Shown here: piece by piece, positions 17,611 through 26,028 of the stretch
Position numbering within the stretch: the first letter of the stretch is position 1
Layout of the letters: the number at the start of each line of letters is the position of its first letter
Assembly (NCBI GenBank): GCA_947501605.1
Contig: CANMWZ010000034.1
Span: 1-48,584, forward strand
Source of the DNA: Planctomycetota bacterium
Lineage (GTDB): Bacteria > Planctomycetota > UBA1135 > UBA2386
Direction: 5' to 3'
Length of the DNA: 48,584 nt
Translations under genes and position numbers: made by a program
Notes under the pieces: model-generated
Told to the model about the DNA's origin: nothing
What the model saw: the letters and a program-made list of their open reading frames with translations, nothing else
Database searches by the model: none

Positions 17611-19165
17611 ACGAAGCGAGTTCGAACTGCTCCTGCGGATTGCCCAGGACATCACCTCCGCTTTGCCCAAGCAGAGTCAGGAACAGCGACTGGTCGAAGC
17701 CGTGCACGCAGCGATCCCGCAGAGCGACGCGGTAGCGCTACTGCGCCTTCATGGCGACGAACTCGTCCCCATCGCGGTTCATGGACTCGGTCCGGAACTG
17801 CTCGGTCAGCGCTTCCGCCGTGCTGAGCATCCGCGGCTCGACGCGATCTGCGGCAGTGAGGGGCCCCTGCGCTTTCCGGCCGATTGCACGCTGCCGGATC
17901 CGTTCGATGGCTTCGTGACCGGACCTAGCTCACTCACGGGCACGGTGCACAGCTGCCTTGGTTGTCCCTTGCGCATCGAGGGGCGTCTTGTCGGTGTGCT
18001 GACGCTCGATGCGATCGAACCTCGCGCGCTCGATCGCTTGGACTCCGTCTTCGTCGATGTGATTGCTGCCTGGACCGCAGCAGCACTGCGCACCGGCGAT
18101 CTCCTGGCGGCGCTGGAGCGGCAGTCGCAGATCAAAGGGCAGATCGCGCGGGAACTCGTCCGCGATGCGTTGGTGCAGCAGGGCGGGCTCCTGGTCGGAC
18201 CGAGTGAGGCGATGATCCGCCTTCGCAGTGAGATCGACCAGGTCGCGAGCGCTGACTTCCCCGTGCTCGTGACCGGTGAGACCGGGACCGGAAAGGAACT
18301 GGTCGTGCGCACGCTACACGCGCAATCGCAGCGCAAAGACCAACCGTTGATCCAGGTCAACTGCGCGGCGTTGCCTGAGTCGGTTGCCGAAAGCGAGTTG
18401 TTCGGGCACACGAAGGGCGCGTTCACGGGCGCGACCTCTGTTCGGCTCGGCAAGTTCCAGGCGGCGGATGGTGCGAGCCTGTTCCTCGACGAGATCGGGG
18501 AGCTGCCCCTGCATCTACAGCCCAAGCTGCTGCGTGTGCTCCAGACCGGCGAAGTGCAGAGCATCGGCAGTGACTCGCTGCGTCGGGTCGACGTTCGCGT
18601 GTTTGCTGCAACCAACCGCGATCTCGAGGCCGAAGTGCGAGCCGGGCGCTTCCGGGCTGACCTGCTCTACCGGCTCGACGTCTGTCGACTGCGGTTGCCG
18701 CCGTTACGCGCGCGGCTCGACGATGTCCTGCCGCTCGCCGGGCACGCCTGCGACCGCATCCGCCGTCAGCTCGGCACCGGACGCGTGCGCTTGCGCGCGT
18801 GCGCTCAGAGCCGGCTGCTGGCATACGAATGGCCTGGCAACGTGCGCGAATTGGAGAACGTCTTGGCGCGCGCCGTGCTGCGGGCATCTGCGCGACGTGA
18901 GCCAGGAGGCCAAGTCGAGATCAGCGCCGAAGACCTCGGGATCGAGCCGAGCCGGACGGAACCAATGCCCCACGAGGCGAAGTTCGCGGCAGTGCGGACG
19001 GCCGCGGTGCCGGTGCCGCTGCGCACCAGCGTGCTCGACTACGAGCGGACACTGGTCCAGAGCGCGCTGTGCGAGTGCGATGGCAATTGGGCGCAAGCGG
19101 CAGCTCGACTCGGCATGCACCGCAGCAACTTGCACCACTTGGCGAAGCGACTCGGCCTGCGCTGA
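17603..19165 (+). CDS. norR: NO-responsive sigma54-dependent activator NorR (GAF-AAA+-HTH)
   Basis: GAF domain with the non-heme Fe ligand motifs HPRL, LPDPFDG, SCLGCPL and LTLDA. GETGTGKE, ESELFGHTKGAFTGA and WPGNVRELEN. HTH NWAQAAARLGMHRSNLHHLAKRLGL. Confidence 0.93.
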   Translation: MATRSEFELLLRIAQDITSALPKQSQEQRLVEAVHAAIPQSDAVALLRLHGDELVPIAVHGLGPELLGQRFRRAEHPRLDAICGSEGPLRFPADCTLPDPFDGFVTGPSSLTGTVHSCLGCPLRIEGRLVGVLTLDAIEPRALDRLDSVFVDVIAAWTAAALRTGDLLAALERQSQIKGQIARELVRDALVQQGGLLVGPSEAMIRLRSEIDQVASADFPVLVTGETGTGKELVVRTLHAQSQRKDQPLIQVNCAALPESVAESELFGHTKGAFTGATSVRLGKFQAADGASLFLDEIGELPLHLQPKLLRVLQTGEVQSIGSDSLRRVDVRVFAATNRDLEAEVRAGRFRADLLYRLDVCRLRLPPLRARLDDVLPLAGHACDRIRRQLGTGRVRLRACAQSRLLAYEWPGNVRELENVLARAVLRASARREPGGQVEISAEDLGIEPSRTEPMPHEAKFAAVRTAAVPVPLRTSVLDYERTLVQSALCECDGNWAQAAARLGMHRSNLHHLAKRLGLR

Positions 19166-19259
19166 CCCGCAGCGCGCCCCTTCCCGTTTTTCGGCGCGAC
19201 CTCGGCGCCACGGCATGGTGAACTGCCGGGCCTCTCTTCCTCTTGCCCTCAGAGGTCCC

Positions 19260-20459
19260 ATGAGTCACGGTCGGTTGTTCCTCGCCAGTTGCCTCTCCCT
19301 CGCAACCTGCGGCGTCCTGTTCGGTATCCGCAGCAGCTGTGTCGACGCCCTGGTGGCCCATTTCCAGAGCAACCACGCGGTGGTGGGCGATGTGCTCAGC
19401 ATGGGCTTCTACGGGATGGGAATGATCATCCTGGTGTCCTCGCCACTGTGTGACTTCCTCGGCATGCGTCGCCTGTTGTGGTTGGCGTTCTTGATGCACG
19501 TGGCGGGCATCGTCGGGTTCCTGTTCGCGCCGGGTAGCGCCACCGACGCGACGTTGTTCTGGGCCAAGGCGGCGATGTTCTGCGTCGGGCTCGCGCATGG
19601 CCTCGTCGAAGGCGTCATCAACCCGTTGATCGCTACGGTCTATTCCGACAACAAGACCGGCAAGCTCAACATCCTGCATGCGTGGTGGCCGGGCGGCATC
19701 GTGATCGGCGGCCTGTTCGCCTACTTCGCGGCGCAGCAAGGGCTCAGTTGGCAGTTGCAGTGGAGTGCGGGCCTCGTGCCGGCAGTGCTCTACGGGGTGG
19801 CGATGGCGGGCGTCGAGTTCCCGAAGACCGAGCGCGTGGCGTCCGGCGTGTCGGCCAGCGCCATGGTCACGGCGACGCTCCATCCGCTGTTCCTCGTGTT
19901 CGTGGCACTGATGGCGGTCACGGGTGCGACCGAACTCGGAACCGGGCAATGGCTCGACTCGGTGCTGAAGCAGACCGCCAAGTTCAGCGGCATCCTGCTC
20001 TTGGTCTACGGCTCGGTGTTGATGTTCGTCATGCGGTTCTTCGCCGGGCCGATCGCGCACAAGATCTCGTCGATTGGTCTGCTGACCGTGTCGGCGGCGA
20101 TCGCGACCGTCGGGCTCTACCTGCTGTCGATCACCGATTCGCCGGCACTCGGCTTCGCGGCGGCGACCGTGTTCTACGTCGGCGTCTGCTACTTCTGGCC
20201 GACCATGCTCGCGGTCGTCTCCGAACGCTTCCCACGAACTGGCGCGCTGGGCATGGGCCTGATGGGCGCCGCCGGCATCAATGGCTCGGCCTACTTCATC
20301 GGTTGGATGGGTGGCGTCTATGAGCGCGAGGGCGCTGAACGAGCCTTCGGGACCGTGACCTTGCTGCCGCTGGGTTGCTTCGCGGTCTTCGCGCTGATTT
20401 GGCTGTGGATGCGCGCGCGCGGCGGCCACGGGGCGAACGGAGTCGGCGCCGCTCGTTGA
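19260..20459 (+). CDS. MFS transporter
   Basis: About 12 hydrophobic segments; G.VEGVINPLIATVY, LNILHAWWPGGIVIGG and YFWPTML motifs. Start at ATG 19260, after GAGG. Confidence 0.9.
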   Translation: MSHGRLFLASCLSLATCGVLFGIRSSCVDALVAHFQSNHAVVGDVLSMGFYGMGMIILVSSPLCDFLGMRRLLWLAFLMHVAGIVGFLFAPGSATDATLFWAKAAMFCVGLAHGLVEGVINPLIATVYSDNKTGKLNILHAWWPGGIVIGGLFAYFAAQQGLSWQLQWSAGLVPAVLYGVAMAGVEFPKTERVASGVSASAMVTATLHPLFLVFVALMAVTGATELGTGQWLDSVLKQTAKFSGILLLVYGSVLMFVMRFFAGPIAHKISSIGLLTVSAAIATVGLYLLSITDSPALGFAAATVFYVGVCYFWPTMLAVVSERFPRTGALGMGLMGAAGINGSAYFIGWMGGVYEREGAERAFGTVTLLPLGCFAVFALIWLWMRARGGHGANGVGAAR

Positions 20460-20694
20460 GCGGCGTCTTCTGCAGTTGGCCGCCACCGGTAGCAGTCGGC
20501 CTCGGTGCTCGTCACGCCGGGGGTGGCTTCCGGGTTCGTGCTCCCTGACGCCAACTGTGCGTGCCGCGCGCGTCGCGGTCGCGGCGTCGTTGGCTCACAG
20601 CCGGAGGGCGCCCATCCAGGCCCTGTCTTTGCGGCGCCGCGCGCACGACGCCGCGCAGTTGTCGACCGCGCACGCGAACTTCGGCCTCACCCCA

Positions 20695-21357
20695 TTAGCG
20701 GTTGCTGCCCGGGTGCTCGCAGCTCTTGCCGCCGCTGCACCAGCGGCCGCGGCATTTGTGACGCAGTTGGCGGCGCCAACGGTTGCCGAGCGGCACGCTC
20801 CTGCCGGCGGCCTTCGGCTCGAACTTCGCTTGTTCCTGTTTGCGCGCAGAGTCGGCCGCGTGCATCGCGGCCAGCACGGATGCCGGCGGTCGGCGCAGGA
20901 TCACCACGTCGCGCGCGCGGACAGCGATCACGCGATTCTCATCGCCGATGCCGAGGTTCGTGTCCTCGAGTTGCCCGAACGGACCGACGATGGCTTCGGC
21001 GATGTCATAGAGCCAGACCATGCCGAGCAACTTGCGGTGGTCGTCGAGGACCAGCAAGCGCTGTGTGCGATGTTCGCGCATGAGGCTCAGCGCCTGCTCT
21101 GCCGACGCATCGAGTAGTACGGTGGCGACGTCGCGCTGCATCACGTCGCGGACCGACGTGGTCGCGGGGTCGAGCCCCTTGCCCACGACTTCGAGAGCGA
21201 AGTCGCGCGCCGTGACGAGGCCGAGCAGTCGACCGTGGTCGTCAAGCACCGGGGCGCAGTCGATGCCGGCCTGGTGCATGCGCGCAGCAATCGTGGCGAC
21301 CGGATCGTCGAGTTGTGCCGTGGTGGCGATGAGGCGCAGGTGGCGAGCGACAGTCAT
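20695..21357 (-). CDS. CBS-pair domain protein with Cys/His-rich tail
   Basis: Two CBS repeats (PVLDDHGRLLGLVTARD; LLVLDDHRKLLGMV). This is the real 3' part of the 951-aa ORF in the track. Confidence 0.85.
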   Translation of the reverse strand: MTVARHLRLIATTAQLDDPVATIAARMHQAGIDCAPVLDDHGRLLGLVTARDFALEVVGKGLDPATTSVRDVMQRDVATVLLDASAEQALSLMREHRTQRLLVLDDHRKLLGMVWLYDIAEAIVGPFGQLEDTNLGIGDENRVIAVRARDVVILRRPPASVLAAMHAADSARKQEQAKFEPKAAGRSVPLGNRWRRQLRHKCRGRWCSGGKSCEHPGSNR

Positions 21358-21555
21358 GGGGATGTGTCCGCTGGGGTCGGAGAGTCCACGGTGTAGTCCG
21401 ACCCGACCGAGCCGCCTCCTAGCTGGGGTGCTTAGTTGCGCGGGATCTGTGGCCACATCCTGGCCACGCGGGTGCGGCGGCCGCCCGGGTCGTCGATGCG
21501 GCGTGGCGAACTGCGAGCGAGACATCCGTGTCTGCCGGTTCCTATAGTCGCAGCG

Positions 21556-23625
21556 ATGTCGTTGCGGCCAGCGCCCGTCTTGCTGTTCTTGTGGTCGCTG
21601 GTGCTCGCGTTCGCGTGGTTCTGGCCAGCGCTGGTGCACGGGTTTCGCAGCGACGACTTCTTCGCCAGCTACTACTGGGACGCGGATCGTGGTGCCAACT
21701 GGAGCCGCGCGTTCGGCGAGTTCGTACGACCGTGGTTCGGGGTGCGCGACCTGTATCGGCCCATCGTCAGCCTGTCGTTGGCCGCCAACTTCGAACTCGG
21801 TTCGAGTGCTCTCGGGTTCCACGTGGTCAACACCCTGCTCCTCGCGATCACGGCGTTCGCGGCGGCGATGGTCGCGATGCGATTGGTGCCCCTTCGGCGC
21901 GGCTTCGCGGCCGCAATTGCGGCAGCCGTTGTGGTGGTGCATCCAGCGAGCGTCGAGACCACAGCTTGGATCTCGGCCCGGACAGCCGGGCTCGAGGTCT
22001 GCTTTGCCACACTCGCGGCGTGGGCTTTTGTGCGCCGGATGCAAGGAGCCGGCACGATGCTGCCGGTGTTGCTTGCGGGCGCTTGTGCCCTGCTGAGCAA
22101 GGAAGGTGCAGTGATGCTGCCGCTGCTTCTGGTTGCGCTCGACGTCGCAGAATCGCCACGGCGGCCGTGGCGCGAACGGTGGCGCCTGCATGCCGCCGTG
22201 ATCGGCATGGTCGTCGTTTACTTCGTTTGGCGGCGTTGGTTGCTCGGTGTGGTTGGCACTGCCGAGGCAGGGCACTCGATGCTCGATCGGGTTGCGGTGA
22301 CGGCGGTGCGCGCCGTCACTTGGGTGGCGCCGTCCGATCCTGACCAACATGTGCACTGGCTCTCGGTGCTCAGTCTGCTCGTCTTGCTGGCGGCCGCGGC
22401 CATGTCGACGCGTGCTCGCTCGGCATGGCTGCTCGCGTGCGGTGCGGCCTTGCTGTTGCCGTCGAGCCAGCTGCGCGAAGCGATCGGCCTGATGTCTGGG
22501 CGGCTCGTGTTCTCCAGCGTGCCGCTGCTCAGCGTGGTCGTGGCGTGCTGTGCGGCGGATGCCGTCGGACGCAGACCTGCGAAGTGGATCGCATGGCTCG
22601 CGCTCGGAGCGCTGCTCGGATCCCTCGGGGTTGCTGGGCGCGCGTGGCTGCAGCGCTACGGTGAGGAGGACGCACTGCTCAGCGACGTGCGTCGTGAGCT
22701 TGCAATTGCCGCGGCTGGCGGCGAGCCCGGGCGCCCGATCGGATGTTCGATGCTGCCAGGGCTGCCGTTGCTGCAGACCCATGTGTGGGGCTTGCTCGGT
22801 GTTCGACCGTTCGCCGAGCGCGACCTTGGGCTCGCGACGCTCGCGGGAATGCTGCAACTGGATCCCGACTGCCCTGGCCTGTTCGGCGATGCCGCGATTG
22901 CTCATGCACTTGCCGAGCTGGGCGGCGGCGTGGTGACGTGGAACCCGGACGCTCGCACGTTCGTGCCCGTGCGACGGCCCGAGCGGTTGCGCGTCGAACT
23001 CGTGCACGACGCCATCGACGCAGGCGTGTTTGCTGCGCCCGCCGTCTTGCCCGCGACTGCCTTTGCGGCCATCGAAGTAACTGCGGTGGCTCCCGTAGGC
23101 AGCATCCGGTTGCGATTGCGCGATGATGTGGAAGGCGCGTGGGCCTTTGGCGCGATCGAGCAGACCTTGGCGCCACCGCAGCGGACCGCGACGTTCGATG
23201 TGACCCACGCTCTCGCGGTGCAGTTGTTCGCGGCGAACGGCGCGCCGTTCCGCGGTTTCGTCATCGAGTGCGACGGCGCGCCTGCGCCCGCTGGGACGGT
23301 CGTCGTGGCGCATGCGACGTTGCCGACCGAGCCCTTGCGCGCGCCGTTTGTCGGCCGCGAGGTCGCAGTGGCAGAACTGGTCAAGGCACTGCAGCCACCA
23401 CGGCAAGACCTGCCGTTGCGGCTCTACCTGATGACACCACTGCGCACGATGGGACTCGACGCAGTGGTCGGCAGCGCATTCAGGGTGCCCTCGGTCGAAC
23501 AGGACCGGCTGCGGCTGTCGGCGGCCATGGTCGATGGTTGCGCTGCGCACTGGTACTGGCAGACCCCGCCTGGCTACTCAGGTAGTCCGTGGCGCAGTGG
23601 CCTCGACTGGTGCCGTCTGCGCTGA
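21556..23625 (+). CDS. Polytopic membrane protein, probable GT-C fold glycosyltransferase
   Basis: F.SDDF, YRPIVSLS, FHVVN..L, HP..VE...WISAR and ALLSKE.A motifs, as in PMT/TMTC-like GT-C proteins. Confidence 0.7.
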   Translation: MSLRPAPVLLFLWSLVLAFAWFWPALVHGFRSDDFFASYYWDADRGANWSRAFGEFVRPWFGVRDLYRPIVSLSLAANFELGSSALGFHVVNTLLLAITAFAAAMVAMRLVPLRRGFAAAIAAAVVVVHPASVETTAWISARTAGLEVCFATLAAWAFVRRMQGAGTMLPVLLAGACALLSKEGAVMLPLLLVALDVAESPRRPWRERWRLHAAVIGMVVVYFVWRRWLLGVVGTAEAGHSMLDRVAVTAVRAVTWVAPSDPDQHVHWLSVLSLLVLLAAAAMSTRARSAWLLACGAALLLPSSQLREAIGLMSGRLVFSSVPLLSVVVACCAADAVGRRPAKWIAWLALGALLGSLGVAGRAWLQRYGEEDALLSDVRRELAIAAAGGEPGRPIGCSMLPGLPLLQTHVWGLLGVRPFAERDLGLATLAGMLQLDPDCPGLFGDAAIAHALAELGGGVVTWNPDARTFVPVRRPERLRVELVHDAIDAGVFAAPAVLPATAFAAIEVTAVAPVGSIRLRLRDDVEGAWAFGAIEQTLAPPQRTATFDVTHALAVQLFAANGAPFRGFVIECDGAPAPAGTVVVAHATLPTEPLRAPFVGREVAVAELVKALQPPRQDLPLRLYLMTPLRTMGLDAVVGSAFRVPSVEQDRLRLSAAMVDGCAAHWYWQTPPGYSGSPWRSGLDWCRLR

Positions 23626-23663
23626 TGGCGTCCAAGCGGACGGGTTGCAATCCGATGCTCGGA

Positions 23664-25064
23664 TCACCCGCGCAAGGAACGCACCGCCTGCATCAGCCCG
23701 TCCACGGACGGCTCCTTGTGTCGCACCTTGCCGCGCGCTTGCCCGACCGCTTGTTCGTGCGAATCGAGTCGGCGCCAGTCTTGCCACGTGACGTAGTCGA
23801 CCTTGCGTTGTTGCAGCACCGCGGCGAGGTCTTGGCCGGAGGCAGGGAGCGTGCGATCCTGGCGGAGGTCTTGCAGCATGCACAGAACGGTGGCCTTGCT
23901 GTCTGGGCTGTTGGTGCCGACGAGGCCGGTCGGACCGCGTTTGGCCCATCCGACGACGTAGTGCCCGATGCGCGCCTCACCAGAAGCGGCCGACAAGACC
24001 CGGCCGTCGACGTTGGCGACGATGCCCTTGTTGTCGTCGAAGGCGAGGCCTTGCAGTGGCACGCCGCGATAGCCGATCGCCTTGAATACGAGCTCGACTT
24101 CGATCGTGCTGTAGCGATCGATGGCGCGCGGACGCGGCGTGCCGTCGCGATCTGGTTCGAGCACGGCGTGTTGCACGCGCACTGCGCGGACGCGGCCGTC
24201 GTGTCCTTCGAATGCGACCGGCGCGACGAGGAAGCGGCAGTGGAGTTGCTTCAGTTTGCCCGTCGTGCCGTGCGCCGCGCGTTCGGCCAGGAACTTGACG
24301 TTGCGCTGCGCACTTCGGGCCTGCGACTCGAGCCAATTGCGGCTGTAGTCGTCCAGCGCTGCGTCCTGCTCTGCGACTGCGACATCGACATCGTCGAGTT
24401 CGGCGATCTCTTCGATCTCCTTTGGCGAGAACGCGGCCTGCGCGGGTCCGCGTCGGCCGAGCAGCACCAGTTCGCGAACTGTGCTCTGCCGCAAGGCTGC
24501 AATCGCGTGGTCGGCAATGTCGGTCGTCGCCAGTGCTGTCACCGGTGCCAGCAGGATGCGCGAGCAGTCCATCGCAACGTTGCCGTTGCCGACGATGGCG
24601 ACGCGGCGGGCGGTCTCGAGGTTGAAGGCGCGGTCGCGGTAGTCCGGGTGGCCGTTGTACCAACCGACGAACTCGGTAGCCGAGTGCACGCCAGCAAGTT
24701 CTTCGCCAGGGATCGACAGGCGATTGTCGCTCTCGCAACCGATCGCCCACACGATCATGTGGTAGCTGCGTTCGAGGTCGGCGATCGCGAGGTCGCGGCC
24801 GATTCGGACGTTGCCGAAGAAGCGGAAACGCGGATCCTCCGCCGTCTTTTCGTAGACCTTGCTGACGGACTTGATCTTCTGGTGGTCGGGGGCAACGCCG
24901 CCGCGCACGAGGCCAAAGGGCGTTGGCAGTCGATCGAACACGTCGATCCTCACGTCCAGGCCCTCGGCTTTGAGGAGGGCCTCTGCGGCGTAGAACGCCG
25001 ACGGACCGGAGCCGACCGTGCAGACGCGAAGTGGAGCCTCACTGGTGCCGGGGCGCTGACTCAT
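23664..25064 (-). CDS. Ferredoxin/flavodoxin-NADP+ reductase, adrenodoxin-reductase (FprA) type
   Basis: VGSGPSAFY, PFGLVRGGVAPDH, FVGWYNGHPD, GNGNVAMD, GRRGPAQAAF and GWAKRGPTG motifs. Start moved to ATG 25064. Confidence 0.93.
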   Translation of the reverse strand: MSQRPGTSEAPLRVCTVGSGPSAFYAAEALLKAEGLDVRIDVFDRLPTPFGLVRGGVAPDHQKIKSVSKVYEKTAEDPRFRFFGNVRIGRDLAIADLERSYHMIVWAIGCESDNRLSIPGEELAGVHSATEFVGWYNGHPDYRDRAFNLETARRVAIVGNGNVAMDCSRILLAPVTALATTDIADHAIAALRQSTVRELVLLGRRGPAQAAFSPKEIEEIAELDDVDVAVAEQDAALDDYSRNWLESQARSAQRNVKFLAERAAHGTTGKLKQLHCRFLVAPVAFEGHDGRVRAVRVQHAVLEPDRDGTPRPRAIDRYSTIEVELVFKAIGYRGVPLQGLAFDDNKGIVANVDGRVLSAASGEARIGHYVVGWAKRGPTGLVGTNSPDSKATVLCMLQDLRQDRTLPASGQDLAAVLQQRKVDYVTWQDWRRLDSHEQAVGQARGKVRHKEPSVDGLMQAVRSLRG

Positions 25065-25334
25065 GCTGGCGGAGGATACCGCGTGCCCGGCGAGCGACCA
25101 CGACGCGTCACGCCGTCCGGGGCGATTCGTCGGCAGGCCGCAGCCAGGGGCGCGCTGTCGAGGTCGCGAAGGCCGCGGCTTCTGGGCGTTGCGCCGCGCG
25201 TCCCGAGCGCTGATCGCGCAGTGACGGGCCAACCGGTAGTGGCGCGAGCATCGCAGCCAACGCGTGCCTCTGCCGGCCGAGGCCCTCGGCGATCCAGTGT
25301 CAGCCCATCGTTGCGCCGCACGCACGACTTCGTC

Positions 25335-25994
25335 ATGGTGCCTGCCGTGACGCGCTTTCTGCTTCTGGACACCGACGAGCAACTCGCGGACTTTGGCGCC
25401 GCGTTTCCGACCGCCGTCGCCGACGCCCGCGGACGTGGGTTCGGGACCAAGGACCACGCGGCTAGGCTCGTGCTACCGTTCTTGCTGCGGCCGCCGCATG
25501 CGCACGAGCCCATCGAGACCTACCGTTCGCGCCTGTCGCTGCAGTTTCGCAGCTACTGCATCGTGCTCCTGCAGGCCGGCGCGATGGCAATGGGATGGTG
25601 GGACGAAGGGCTCTTGGTGCGGCACAAGGCGCAGAAGCGCTACGTGGTCCGCGGCAACGGCAGGGCCCAAACGACGCACCTTCGCACCCGCGGCAAGTCG
25701 CGCTACGGTTCGCGGTTGCGGTTGCAGAACTGGCTGCTGCTACTCGCCGACGTGAACGGCCGACTGGTCGAGTGGCAGGAGGAACTCGGGGAGCCAGAAC
25801 AGGTGTTCCTCGCCGCGGGGCCGCGTGCGACTGCCGCACTGTGGGCGCAGGACCCGCCGCCGCCGTTTCGGCGCGAGGACGCGCGTCTACGGCGCATTCC
25901 GGCGCACGTTCACGTGCCCGACCACGAGGAGTTACTTCGGGTCCAACGCTGGCTCACGACGGGTCAGCTTGCGTTGCCGGCGCTGCCAGGCTGA
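25335..25994 (+). CDS. Bacterial Vms1/ANKZF1-like release-factor-fold protein (VLRF1)
   Basis: LLQAG.MAMG...HKAQKRYVVRGNGRAQ...GKSRYGSRLR matches the VLRF1 pattern HK.F.RY..R...G..Q......S.GS.LR. Start is ATG 25335 or GTG 25347. Confidence 0.75.
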   Translation: MVPAVTRFLLLDTDEQLADFGAAFPTAVADARGRGFGTKDHAARLVLPFLLRPPHAHEPIETYRSRLSLQFRSYCIVLLQAGAMAMGWWDEGLLVRHKAQKRYVVRGNGRAQTTHLRTRGKSRYGSRLRLQNWLLLLADVNGRLVEWQEELGEPEQVFLAAGPRATAALWAQDPPPPFRREDARLRRIPAHVHVPDHEELLRVQRWLTTGQLALPALPG

Positions 25995-26028
25995 AGCAGA
26001 CCGGCGCTGCCAGCGGGGGCCGCGCGGA

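Noticed and set aside
18384..19259. Apparent long N-terminal extension of the MFS transporter overlapping norR
   Set aside because: Out-of-frame run through norR; the transporter starts at ATG 19260 after a Shine-Dalgarno-like GAGG.
20476..21117. Ala-rich plus-strand ORF, or a frameshift in the CBS gene tail
   Set aside because: The CBS frame keeps GC-ending codons to its stop, and the plus-strand ORF has no credible start or motif.
21358..23550. 5' part of the 951-aa minus-strand ORF
   Set aside because: Antisense shadow of the membrane glycosyltransferase-like gene; only the CBS part (20695-21357) looks like protein.
23589..25334. 5' part of the 801-aa plus-strand ORF
   Set aside because: Antisense shadow of the ferredoxin-NADP reductase; only the VLRF1-like part is credible.
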